A stretch of DNA of 63,239 nt, taken from NCBI RefSeq assembly GCF_001194135.2, contig NC_068991.1, positions 6,557,561-6,620,799 of the forward strand, in the 5' to 3' direction. Shown here piece by piece: positions 1-11,949 of this stretch (position 1 is its first letter; each line of letters opens with the position of its first letter). The notes beneath the pieces are model-generated. The model had not been told where the DNA came from, did no database searches, and was given only the letters and a program-made list of their open reading frames with translations. Made by a program: the position numbers and the translations under genes. The DNA comes from Octopus bimaculoides (Eukaryota).

Positions 1-36
<36 letters not shown>
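1..36. repeat. (AAT)n microsatellite
   Basis: Pure aat array at the window start. Confidence 0.95.
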
Positions 37-39
37 TCT

Positions 40-280
40 AACTGGGCCCCACCTGCGAGGTCATGCGCTATTTATCTTGATATGAGATCACCGTGTCAGG
101 CACATATGGTTGTGATGCATGTGCCTGGTGTACCCTTATCAGACGGGTAGTCATGATGGGTATAATGGGCTTCGTATATTTTACCCTAGTGTCACTTTGA
201 TGACATGCACTGCTCTCTCACTCAATAATAATAATAATAATAATAATAATGATAATAATAATAATAATAATAATAATAAC
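40..280 (+). mobile_element. Probable 3' end of a non-LTR retroelement with (AAT)n tail
   Basis: Non-coding segment ending ...gcactgctctctcactc, followed directly by an (AAT)n tail. Family not verified. Confidence 0.4.
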
Positions 281-1683
281 TATGATGATGATGATGATGA
301 TGAACATTTCTATGAGTACAAAAAAGAAAAGAAACATACGAAATAAGGGTGGACGGGTTAGAAGTATCAACCACCAAGCGCCGCTATTGGTGGTAATGGC
401 ACCGTTAAAGATCTGTACAAGTGTAAGTGGTGCCACCAAATATATCTACAAGAGACAGTGCTTCACAATGGAAATAACTGTACGAGTAAATGTTTATAGC
501 AATGTACCGATGTATGTAATATATTGGCATTAATGTACGTTGAATAATCTACTCACACGAATGGGAAAAAAATTTAAGCATATTCCTGTAGCCACTATAT
601 ACCTCCGCATTACAAATTTAATTTGTTTCCGCGGGAAGAGCCATTCTAACAATGTGTCCTGCCCTAACTCTTCGAAACGCTCAGTTTTAGAATGGTGGCA
701 GCTGATGAAGGAAATGTTCTCTATGTGGCCTGTGTGTTTTCTGTGCTCTGTTTATGTTCTGTTCTTCATTTTGTCCACGATTTTTTGTGACGTCCTGTAC
801 CCAGATATGCATCTATATAAACATGTAGATGTAGGTGTGTACATACATGTACGTATATATGCATATACTCACATATTATTTGTATTATATANNNNNNNNN
901 NNNNNNNNNNNNNNNNNNNNNNNNNNNNNNNNNNNNNNNNNNNNNNNNNNNNNNNNNNNNNNNNNNNNNNNNNNNNNNNNNNNNNNNNNNNNNNNNNNNN
1001 NNNNNNNNNNNNNNNNNNNNNNNNNNNNNNNNNNNNNNNNNNNNNNNNNNNNNNNNNNNNNNNNNNNNNNNNNNNNNNNNNNNNNNNNNNNNNNNNNNNN
1101 NNNNNNNNNNNNNNNNNNNNNNNNNNNNNNNNNNNNNNNNNNNNNNNNNNNNNNNNNNNNNNNNNNNNNNNNNNNNNNNNNNNNNNNNNNNNNNNNNNNN
1201 NNNNNNNNNNNNNNNNNNNNNNNNNNNNNNNNNNNNNNNNNNNNNNNNNNNNNNNNNNNNNNNNNNNNNNNNNNNNNNNNNNNNNNNNNNNNNNNNNNNN
1301 NNNNNNNNNNNNNNNNNNNNNNNNNNNNNNNNNNNNNNNNNNNNNNNNNNNNNNNNNNNNNNNNNNNNNNNNNNNNNNNNNNNNNNNNNNNNNNNNNNNN
1401 NNNNNNNNNNNNNNNNNNNNNNNNNNNNNNNNNNNNNNNNNNNNNNNNNNNNNNNNNNNNNNNNNNNNNNNNNNNNNNNNNNNNNNNNNNNNNNNNNNNN
1501 NNNNNNNNNNNNNNNNNNNNNNNNNNNNNNNNNNNNNNNNNNNNNNNNNNNNNNNNNNNNNNNNNNNNNNNNNNNNNNNNNNNNNNNNNNNNNNNNNNNN
1601 NNNNNNNNNNNNNNNNNNNNNNNNNNNNNNNNNNNNNNNNNNNNNNNNNNNNNNNNNNNNNNNNNNNNNNNNNNNTATATATA

Positions 1684-1810
1684 TAGGATGTCCACAAAGT
1701 CTGGGTACATGGGGATTAACACATACTTTAAGAAATTATTATTTCTCATATTTAATTGTTTATGTTATGATTTTATTTACTCCATGCACCCAGACCTTGC
1801 GGATATCCTG
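1684..1810. mobile_element. Tc1/mariner-type MITE inserted in (TA)n
   Basis: Imperfect ~30-bp TIRs taggatgtccacaaagtctgggtacatgg / ccatgcacccagaccttgcggatatcctg, flanked by TA runs. Confidence 0.7.
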
Positions 1811-1889
1811 TATATATATATATATATAGTCAACTAAGAATCTATGCGTCTGGAAGAATAACGCACTCATATATTTGTGAGCAAAGCGT

Positions 1890-2153
1890 GTATATTAATC
1901 AAAGTGAACATTACGACTGATCTTACCAGTCAGCTCTGCACCGTGTATTGAACCAGGAGTTAGATAACACCACGTTTAAGTAATACCGCGTGCTTGTCAG
2001 AGATAGCAGGGTCGCCATACCTACCAGCCCTTGACAAACAAGCAGTATTACTTAACCGTGGCGTTATTTAACATCCGATTGAATACTCAGTACGAAACGA
2101 ATTGGTAAGATCGGCCGTAATGGATCTATTATACAATACACTGTCATTAATAT
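1890..2153. repeat. ~260-bp imperfect fold-back (palindromic) element
   Basis: Nested inverted matches: gatcttacca 1919-1928 / tggtaagatc 2103-2112; cacgtttaagtaatac 1971-1986 / gtattacttaaccgtg 2045-2060 (15/16); further arm similarity between these blocks. Confidence 0.75.
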
Positions 2154-2965
2154 GTATACATGTGTATATGTGTGTGTGTGTATTTATATATATGCACAAG
2201 CACACACACATACACACATACTTATATGTATTTTTTCGTACATTTAACGTCCATTTTTTTCCTCCATATTTATATATATATACATTTATTTGAATATACT
2301 GAATTGTACATATCTAGCCATGAGATTAAAATAAAATTTTCTACACTGCAACAGGAACTGAAAGTTCTCGACAATTATTTCAAAATATATTTTAAAATCC
2401 ACCATATTTTAACATTAATTCGGACATGATGACATCAGACGTAATGTCTTATCAGAGTTATTTCTCACCTAACAGACGATATCGCAACAAATCAACAACA
2501 GCAAAAAAAAAAAAAAAGTAAAAGTAAAATTGAAACCTAAAACAAATATATATATATATATATAACAATGAATAACAAAGTCCAGAGTCTGAAGTACGTT
2601 TACTGAAACAAGCCAGCAAAATTAAGTCTGCATAGAAAAACTAAAAAGATGTGCCGGGAGTTGATCTTGAAAGAAAGAATTATTGTAGATATTTGAATCT
2701 ATCCGCNNNNNNNNNNNNNNNNNNNNNNNNNNNNNNNNNNNNNNNNNNNNNNNNNNNNNNNNNNNNNNNNNNNNNNNNNNNNNNNNNNNNNNNNNNNNNN
2801 NNNCACACACTCACACACACAATTATGGCAGAATGCTTTCTGTTTCCATCGACTAACTCTACTCACAGAGATTTTGCTGGCCCAGGGTAACAGTAGAAGA
2901 CACTTGTTTAAGGCGTCACACAGTGGAACTGAACCTGAGACCACACAGCCATGCCTGTGCATATA

Positions 2966-3118
2966 TACGAAGAGTTGCTAAAAATTTCCTGGGTTTAAGG
3001 GTGTCACGAAAGATTTTGCTGGAGGCCCAAACTTCTGAGTTCTTTTAAAGGGCTTAGAAAAACTGAAGGACCGCTGCATTAAATGTGTGAATCTGATCCT
3101 TTTCAGCACCCTCTCGTA
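2966..3118 (+). mobile_element. Mariner-derived MITE retaining transposase C-terminal remnant
   Basis: TA-flanked, right TIR tttcagcaccctctcgta. Internal frame LKGLEKLKDRCIKCVNL resembles the mariner transposase C-terminus. Confidence 0.65.
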
Positions 3119-3136
3119 ATATTTACTAATATTTAA

Positions 3137-3170
<34 letters not shown>

Positions 3171-3309
3171 CTGTGAGTGTGTATGTGTGTGTGCATAATA
3201 TACAATATATAACATATATGTGTATATATTTTATCTTGTTTCAGTCATTTGACTGCGGCCATGCATACGTATGTATGTATGTATGTATGTATGTATGTAT
3301 GTATGTATG

Positions 3310-3341
<32 letters not shown>

Positions 3342-3379
3342 CGTGTGTGTGTGTAAATATATACGCGTGTACATATATG

Positions 3380-3467
<88 letters not shown>

Positions 3468-4937
3468 GAGAAATACATATGTATATGTACATACAGATAT
3501 GCAAGTGTATGTATATGAATGTTGTTGTGAACTGGATTTGAAGAATCTCGGAGTGAGGAAGCAGAAACAAATGTTATCGCGTTACTAGCACGCTTGTTTT
3601 CCCCTTCTCTGATGAAGGAGAAAGATACGAAACGTTATTTTAGGTAGTCCTTCAGTGTGTGGAAATCTTTAAACTCTTTTATAAACTCCCGTCTCAGTGA
3701 ATTGTTACCAGTACACTGCCATACCATTTTCCTCAGATTCCGGACGTAACTATTTTTTAATCGTCCATGGTACTAATTTACTTTTCGCTTGTCATTCTTC
3801 AACTTATTTTCCATTTTATCTCGGACTGACACAAATTTGCATAATTGTTTCACTGGTAATCCAACGTTAATATCCTCATCCTCCTCCTCATCACCCCCTT
3901 CTCCTCTTCCTCATCATAATCAGCATAAATTATCATTATCATCGCCGCTGTCGCAATCTCGGTTGGCGAGGTTTTTCTGGATTCAGATCATATTAACGTA
4001 CAGAAATAACTGGTTTGTTTTGAATTCGAGACAACTATTGAACAAAAATATTACCTGGACATCTCGAGAGACAGGAAATGATTTTTTTTTTTTATATTTA
4101 AAGCCTGTATGAAATTGAATACAACCTAATAAAGCCGCATTGAATGTTAATTTTATTACAAATACCTACAAACGGTATAATTATATTTATTGTAAAAATG
4201 TAATTATAAATACTGAAATAAAAAAAAATATATAAATTAACCGTTTTGCTTTTCTTTTATTCTTTTATTTTTTACTTGTTTCAGTCATTAGACTACGGCC
4301 ATGCTGCGGCACCGCCTTGAAAAATTTTTAATTGAATGTGTCGACACCAGCATATTTTTTAACGTCTGGTGCTTGTTCTATCGCTCTCTTTTGCCGAAGT
4401 GTTAGTTTACGGGGAGTGTAAACACCCCAACACCGGTTGTAAAGTGGTGGTAGAAGAACAAACATAGACATAAAGACACACACACACACACACATACAAC
4501 GGTCTTCTTTCAGCTTCCGTCTACCAAATTCACTCGCAAAGCTTCACCTTGCCCGAGGTTCCACAATATACACATTGACTGAAAAATGATGAGCCAACCC
4601 AGGCCAGAATCCAACCCGAGGCGTCAGCTGATGCCGTGAGGGCGCTTGGCTTTTCCAACACCTTAGACTCACCATTGTCCGTGGTAATGCTGCGAACGTA
4701 CAGGTTTGCTTCAGTAGGTTCCGTTGAACCTTGTGATGTGCGATCAATTGAGACACATCGATGTTTCTTTTTTCTCTATCTTCTCATTGTTAGTATTATT
4801 TATTTATCAACGAATTCAATTTACGCCTCCCTCACGTTACGTTTTTGTACAATGATTTCAAATTTTGACACAAAACCAGTAATTTTATGCGATAGAGCAA
4901 GCCAATTACATCGCCTCAGGTACTTCACTGTACTTAT

Positions 4938-5060
4938 TTTATCAATCCCCAAAGGGTGAAAGACAAAGTTGACTTCGACAGAATTTGAACTCAAAACGTA
5001 AAGCCGAAAGAAATTACTCCAAGCATTTTGTCCGGCGTGCTAACGATTCTGCCAGCTCGC
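4938..5060 (-). mobile_element. SINE family A, partial copy
   Basis: Reverse complement of the ggcggcgagctggcagaa...gagttcaaattc...gtcgactttgcctttcatcc repeat found many times in the window. Confidence 0.8.
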
Positions 5061-5370
5061 CGCCTTTTACGTTTTGTATGACAAAACTGGACTTCTGCAC
5101 GAAGTCTAACAGAAGTAAAGAAAATCAATTATTTCAATTGTTGTCCTTACGTCACTTGAGGTTTGGGAATTCCGTAGAAGATTAGCGGTTTCCTATTTTA
5201 CTATTCAAGTCTTCATAAAGTCCCGGCCAAAGTCTGAATACAAAGATCTAAATTGATTTTTTTCTAAGCATGTTTTGATTATAAAGATAACAACTAATTA
5301 TCTCGCTACACATTTCCAAGAAACAAAAACTCATTACTTCTCAAGATATTTCCAAGAAACACAGAAATAA

Positions 5371-5406
<36 letters not shown>

Positions 5407-5419
5407 GTGTGTGCGTGTG

Positions 5420-5465
<46 letters not shown>

Positions 5466-5848
5466 CATACACACACACACACACACATATAGTATTAAAG
5501 AAGAAAAAGAAACTGGAGATTGGGAAGTTGATAATTGTCTATTCTTAACAACAAATCAATAATCCCTTACAGCTGTTTCGAGTATATATATTATATATAT
5601 ACATATGTGCTACCTGTTGCTGTTGAAAATATATCTATCTTTTAGCTGAAGACTACACAAAAGCACTATCACTGTCGTTACAAAACTCAACTGTTCTTCT
5701 CTGGAAGAAACACAAGATTAAATAAAATGGCTGACACTAAGAGTCAAAACTAAAACTAGATATTTCCATACGGTATGAATTTAAACTTTAAGACACGAAT
5801 AATTATAAGAAACTTTCAAAATGTTCTTAATTCTTGTGGAATCTCTTT

Positions 5849-5995
5849 TTACAGCTCATCTTGAGGCTTTATTTGATTGGCAAACTCTTCGACAGACAGC
5901 AAATAATCCATAAATCCAACGATAGGGTACTTCGCCAAATAAACTTTATGAAATATCTCTTCCAAGTCTTTCAACTGGATTTCACTCAAATCACT
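5849..5995 (-). CDS. NENF: Neudesin-like, terminal exon (SDLSEIQLKDLEEIFHKVYLAKYPIVGFMDY...KPQDEL*)
   Basis: CAG acceptor at 5998-5996, phase 0, 147 nt to TAA. Motif L..LEEIF.KVY.AKYPIVG matches vertebrate neudesin (LDEVFTKVYKAKYPIVG). Confidence 0.9.
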   Translation of the reverse strand, partial: SDLSEIQLKDLEEIFHKVYLAKYPIVGFMDYLLSVEEFANQIKPQDEL

Positions 5996-6024
5996 CTGTA
6001 AAATAAATGAAGAAAGTTTAGTCT

Positions 6025-6372
6025 CACACTGTGGTGATTTGGACAAGTGTCTTGTACTCTAGCTTCAGGCCAACCAAAGTCTTTTTGAGTGGACTGAGTG
6101 GACGGAGACTGTGGGGAATCCCATCATATAGATATGTGTGTGTATGTATGTGCGCGTGTATATATGTGTGTGTGTGTATGTGTTTATCGCCTGCCACCAC
6201 TCGACAGCTGGTGTTGGTTTGTTTGCGTCCCTGTAACCTAGCGGCTTTGCAAAAGAGACAGATAGAATAAGTACCAGGCTTAAAAACAAATCCTGGGGTC
6301 GATTTGCTCGACTAAACCCTTCAAGGCGGTGCCCCAGCATGGCCGCAGTCCAATGACTGAAACAAGTAAAAG
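6025..6372 (+). mobile_element. SINE family B copy, 5' degraded
   Basis: Matches the body and tail (…ccagcatggccgcagtccaatgactgaaacaagtaaaa) of the 7339-7765 copy. Confidence 0.8.
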
Positions 6373-7131
6373 GAAGAAAGAAAGAAAGAAAGAAAGAAGA
6401 AAAGAACTAAAGTAATGAAATCATTCAGTTAAGGTTGTTATTACTTAGACCTAAGGTCAGCTCTCACTGAACAAACTTCAATGCTGTAGCTGGAGCGTGT
6501 TCCGCTTGGAGCAACTCTCGATTCTCCCGTGCACTCTCCCCCACCTTCTATATAAGCTGATACAGCAGACCCCCAAAATGCTGTCCCTGCCAAAATAGGG
6601 TCCCCGTCGTTTCCACCGCCTTGCTACTCTACTGACAAATCTATGATCAAAGGTTCAACCCGCTTTCTATTTTTTTTTATCACTTATTATTTTTTTTAAA
6701 GTTCTGTGTATAAGGACCAAATAATTCAATGCATTCTTCTTTTTATAAGAAGGTAGGGCATGATTCGAGTGAGATTTGGCTGTTGTTTCTTCAAGGGCGG
6801 GTAACTGCATAAAGAAACCCGTGTCGGCTTTAAAGGTTGATAAAAACTTTCAACTTCAGTATTTCTCGCAAGACGGATTTCTCAAGCTAAGCCAACCGGC
6901 AAGAGACCTACGTATAGACAAAAAAAAACGAGATGGTGGTATAAAATCCATAGTCTCAGTTTGTCACGCTTAGAAATTCAGGTGGAAAATGTAATGATGG
7001 TTGCTTATATAGAGGAGATGCCTGAGGACTCTACTTCCACAACCGTCCCAAGAATCGAGGGTGGAAAAGATAGATGGATGGGTGGATGGATGGATGGATG
7101 GAATGATGGATGGATATTCCAGAGAACTTAC

Positions 7132-7241
7132 AATGTCGTGTGCTTTACTGACGTCTGTTGCATGAAGGCTCATTTTAGCCACGGCGTTGGTAGAATCTCT
7201 TCCGACTAACCGATTATATGCTGCATTCTTTCCGTAGAACT
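7132..7241 (-). CDS. NENF: Neudesin-like exon 3 (EFYGKNAAYNRLVGRDSTNAVAKMSLHATDVSKAHDI)
   Basis: Polypyrimidine+TAG acceptor, GTAAG donor, 110 nt, phase 1 to 0. Matches neudesin [25 protein letters not shown] (cytochrome b5-like heme/steroid-binding domain). Confidence 0.92.
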
Positions 7242-7338
7242 CTAGAAAAAAGAAAAAGAAAAAAGCAATATAGAAGGAAGCAAGGTCAAATAGTTCGTTT
7301 TTAGCATGAAACATGAATAAAAATTATAAAACTTCAAC

Positions 7339-7498
7339 CGCAGGAGTGGCTGTGTGGTAAGTAGCTTGCTTACCAACCACATGGTTTTGGGTTCAGTCCC
7401 ACTGCGTGGCACCTTGGGCAAGTGTCTTCTACTATAGCCTCGGGCCGACCAAAGTCTTGTGAGTGGATTTGGTAGACGGAAACTGAAAGAAGCCCGTC

Positions 7499-7569
<71 letters not shown>

Positions 7570-7765
7570 TGTGTGTTATGTATGTATATGTTTGTGTGTC
7601 TGTGTTTGTGTATCCAGCATCGCTTGACAACCGATGCTAGTGTGTTTACGTCTCTGTAACTTAGCGGTTCGGCTTACAGAGAATAAGTCCTGGGGGTTGA
7701 TTTGCTCGACTAAAGGCAGTGCTCCAGCATGGTCACAGTCCAATGACTGAAACAAATAAAAGAAT
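7339..7765 (+). mobile_element. SINE family B, near full length, with internal (TA)n
   Basis: tRNA-like head (tggctgtgtggtaag…ggttcagtccc), CORE-like ccttgggcaag motif and internal microsatellite. More than a dozen related copies occur in the window. Confidence 0.85.
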
Positions 7766-8612
7766 AAAAGAATCATTAGTTGTTTTTTAACGCAGGTCTG
7801 TTTTAATTGAGCAAACTTATGATGAAAGGTGTTCCAGCTTTGATTTCCGATGGCACTTTCTTGTTATCGGCAGCCATTTTTTTTTTTTTTACTAAAGGAT
7901 TAGAAAATGAATTATTGCATTCATAAGACGGGCGTAACAGTTGATCGGTGGACTTTCGGAACAGATATCGTTATCTCATGGAGGAAAGTACCGGGAAAAA
8001 GAATTANNNNNNNNNNNNNNNNNNNNNNNNNNNNNNNNNNNNNNNNNNNNNNNNNNNNNNNNNNNNNNNNNNNNNNNNNNNNNNNNNNNNNNNNNNNNNN
8101 NNNNNNNNNNNNNNNNNNNNNNNNNNNNNNNNNNNNNNNNNNNNNNNNNNNNNNNNNNNNNNNNNNNNNNNNNNNNNNNNNNNNNNNNNNNNNNNNNNNN
8201 NNNNNNNNNNNNNNNNNNNNNNNNNNNNNNNNNNNNNNNNNNNNNNNNNNNNNNNNNNNNNNNNNNNNNNNNNNNNNNNNNNNNNNNNNNNNNNNNNNNN
8301 NNNNNNNNNNNNNNNNNNNNNNNNNNNNNNNNNNNNNNNNNNNNNNNNNNNNNNNNNNNNNNNNNNNNNNNNNNNNNNNNNNNNNNNNNNNNNNNNNNNN
8401 NNNNNNNNNNNNNNNNNNNNNNNNNNNNNNNNNNNNNNNNNNNNNNNNNNNNNNNNNNNNNNNNNNNNNNNNNNNNNNNNNNNNNNNNNNNNNNNNNNNN
8501 NNNNNNNNNNNNNNNNNNNNNNNNNNNNNNNNNNNNNNNNNNNNNNNNNNNNNNNNNNNNNNNNNNNNNNNNNNNNNNNNNNNNNNNNNNNNNNNNNNNN
8601 NNNNNNNNNNNN

Positions 8613-8670
<58 letters not shown>

Positions 8671-9399
8671 TTACATACATACATACACACATACATACTA
8701 CATACATACTACATACATACATACATACATACATACATGCATGCATGCATACATACATACATACATGCATATATAGATAGAGAAAGAGAAAGAGAGAGAG
8801 AGAGAGAAATATCTTGTTTTCATTCATTAATCTTTTGATTAATATTTCGGTCGAGCATTTCTGTCACAAAACAGAGGTGATTGCCCGACATGTTTACGTT
8901 ATTGACACAAGACTTCATTCATTTACTTATTTCTATGTTCTACATTTGGAAGTCAAAAGAAGACGAAACAGTTTTATATTTTGCTCCAACATGTAAGGAA
9001 GAGAAGACGAAATAGTTTCATATTTTACTCAAACATGTGGACTGAATGAGTAAACTCTTTACACAATTTCTCGGTGTTGATGTAGAGATATGAAAGTTCT
9101 CAAAAATACAAAAGGACAAAGAGATCTAATACTCCAATCACAATAGTAACATCGCAGGTGTTGCAGCCAGAAAGCAAAATGGCGGAAAAGACACCGCCAA
9201 GTATCTCTCCCGACCATCTAACAGGTCTGCCAATCCACCGCCCTGTAGTGGTATTTTTTCTTTTTATCGATCCCGAAGAGATGAACAGCAAGTTTGACTT
9301 CCGTGGGATTTGAACTCAGAGCATAGAGAGAAAGAGAAAGGGAGAGAGAAGGAGAGAGTCAGAAGAAATTTCGCGAAAATTCTATATAATCTTTTCTAT

Positions 9400-9615
9400 A
9401 TAATCTTTTCTACTATAGGCACAAGGCCTGAAATTTGGGGGAGGGGGCCTGTCGCTTAGATCGACCCCAGTACGCAACTAGTACTTAATTTATCGACCCC
9501 GAAAGGATGAAAGGCAAAGTAGACCTCGGCGGAATTTGAACTCAAAGTGTAGCGACGCGCGAAATACCGCTAAGCATTTCGTCCAACGTGCTAACGATTT
9601 TGCCAGCTCGCCACC
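9400..9615 (-). mobile_element. SINE family A, full length with TSD-like ttctatataat flanks
   Basis: Reverse-complement match to the family A consensus; ttctatataat occurs on both sides. Confidence 0.85.
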
Positions 9616-9729
9616 TCCAGGCATTCTATATAATAATATACCAATGACATTATCAATTCGCCATCTTTGTTTCCGAAGATGTTAAATATTCGCTTCAAAT
9701 TTTGGCACATAGTGTTGGAAAATATAAAT

Positions 9730-9810
9730 CTGACATACGACCAACTCGACTTACGACCTCTAAGTCGGAACGGAATTCGGTCGTAAGTCGAAAAGAGGGT
9801 GTATAGTGCG
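9730..9810. mobile_element. Tigger/pogo-like terminal fragment
   Basis: Perfect 13-bp inverted repeat tcgacttacgacc / ggtcgtaagtcga, resembling Tigger-type subterminal motifs. Confidence 0.45.
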
Positions 9811-11507
9811 TCAGTATAGCATGTCTCATGTCACCTCCATTGAGATCCATCGTAAAAGCTCGTCTCTCCTTTACTCATTATTTTTACTATGTTTCATTAA
9901 TACTCATTAATACTACTTTGTCCAGTCCTTCTTCACCAGAGAAGCCAATCTACTCACCTGCCAATGTTGTTTCTGCAGAGGTCAACTTAATGTTGTTTAC
10001 GCTGAATATCAATCATATCGACCTCAACGATCTTGGAAACTCTTCAGAGGTGAAGACCGTACACCATGCATCACCTTCACCCCACGAAATCATAAACAAA
10101 GATGATAATGATTCTATTTTGTGAATATTGCTGTTGTACCTTGACTAAAAATAACGAAGATAACGATAGAGAACACCACACAGCGTGCATTGATATGTTT
10201 TTGGGGAAAAAAACCCCATTAAAACATCGTTTAATAGAATATCAAACACGGTCTTTCGCTACAAGGGAATGCACTGTCTCCCTGTCTCTGTTTCTGGGAC
10301 TGCGGCCATATAAAAGCACCGCTTTGAAGAGTTGCCTATCTCCTTCGTGGTCTTTCTGCTTTTTTCAGTTATTTGGCTTTCAAACCAATCTTCTACTGGG
10401 AACAGCACACCGGTGTAGCTGGAAAGCCTCAGCAGCCGACTTCAATAAGCGATGAGGCCGCATGTCACCTTTTGACTTTCTACATTTAGAATACAAGTTA
10501 AAAACATTAATAAATACTCAAGATACAGAATATATGAACAGATAGCAAGGAGGGTTATCACCGCTTCTATATGTTACATAAGCAGAAGAAATACTTGACC
10601 GAAGTATTAATCAAAACGTTAACTAACGAAAACAAAACGATATTTTGTATGTATGTATGTATGTATGTATGTATGTATGTATGTATGTATGTATGTATGT
10701 GTGTGTGTATGCATGCATGTATGTACGTACGCATATATGCATGTATGCATGCTTGCATGTATATATTTGCATAAATATTTGTGCACACACACACACACAC
10801 ACGTGTGTGTGTGTACGTGCGTATGTGTGTGCATGTGTGTGCATGTGTGTGTGTGTGTGTGTGTGTTTTGTAAGGCAACCAATCGGCAATGTCGTTAGAA
10901 CTTCGGATAGATTGCTTTGCGGTTATCCTTCTGGCCTTCTGCAATTGGAACTCAAACCTCGCTTTGGTCATCTTTGCCTTTCATTCTTTCTCAGTCAATA
11001 AATAATAAAGTACTAGCTTTGTACAGGGACCGATTCTTCTCCTTTTCTCACTCTTTCGTCGTGTCTTTCTCCTTGAAGAAATTGTCTGTTGTCGGAGCAG
11101 GAGAGTGATAGGCTCTGCCAAGTTTAAAAAGTGCTAAAAACATGCAGGGCGTCAATACGGTAGCCCTACGACTTCGTCAAAGAGCTGAATACTCGAGGCA
11201 ATATATGGCACATCACTGTGTGTGTGTGTGTGTTTGTGTGAACGTATTTCTCTTGTATTACATGTTTTATCTAATTGAATTTGTACCACCAGTAACTCAC
11301 CTCATAAATCATATGTTTAATAAAACTTGACCTTATATTTAATATGTAAACGATGAAATCAGTCATTGCCCTCACCGCTGCTGGGTAAAGGCCTTCCTCT
11401 TTTCTCTCCAGCTGGCGTGAGAGCTGTATCTAAAAGTATCAGCTGTCCGAACTAACAAGTGAACTTCTGCTTAGTATACGTACTTCACTGATATAATCGC
11501 ACGCATA

Positions 11508-11704
11508 AAGCAGCGAGCTGGCAGAAACGTTTGCACGCTGGGCGAAATGCTTAGCGGTATTTCGTCTGTCTTCGTTTTGAGTTCAAATTCCGCTGAGGTC
11601 GACTTTACCTTTCATCCTTTCAGGGTCGATGAATTAAGTACCAGTTGCGTACTGGGGTCGATCTAATCGTCAAAATTTCCGGCCTTGTGCCTAGAGTAGA
11701 AAAG
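11508..11704 (+). mobile_element. SINE family A copy
   Basis: aagcagcgagctggcagaaacg…gagttcaaattcc…ccttgtgcctagagtagaaaag. Confidence 0.85.
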
Positions 11705-11820
11705 TAATATAATCGTATGCATGGCTGGTGATTAAGATCACTTTGCAGCCACTAGGTTTCGGGTTCAGTCCTGCTGTGCAGCATCTTGGGCGAGTATCTT
11801 CTAATATAGCCCCAGAACTA

Positions 11821-11949
11821 TTTATTTTAACGATCCAAAAGGATAAAAGGCTAAGTCGATCTCGGCGAAATTTGAACTCCGAACGTAAAGACGGACGAAA
11901 TACCGCTAAACATTTTTCCCGGCGCGCTAACGATTCTGCCAGCTCGCTT
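11821..11949 (-). mobile_element. SINE family A, 5' half, inverted relative to 11508-11704
   Basis: Reverse complement of the family A 5' region. Confidence 0.8.

Noticed and set aside
668-715. GAAAC…CTGATGA arrangement suggesting a type-II hammerhead
   Set aside because: The G16.2-U16.1-H triplet and stem I do not form (gaaacgctc), and stem II is only 2-3 bp.
540-1829. Long ORFs spanning N runs (also near 7.9-8.8, 15.4-16.3, 29.8-30.4, 56.8-57.1 and 58.4-58.8 kb)
   Set aside because: Artefacts of assembly gaps translated as X; the flanks are simple repeats or non-coding.
3149-3588. YI/CV/HT-rich ORFs (many similar ones across the window)
   Set aside because: Translations of (TA)n, (TG)n and (TATG)n microsatellites.
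5566-5582. Minus-strand cgaaacagctgtaag resembling the 3' half of a hammerhead
   Set aside because: No CUGANGA box upstream; the flank is a TA-rich tract.
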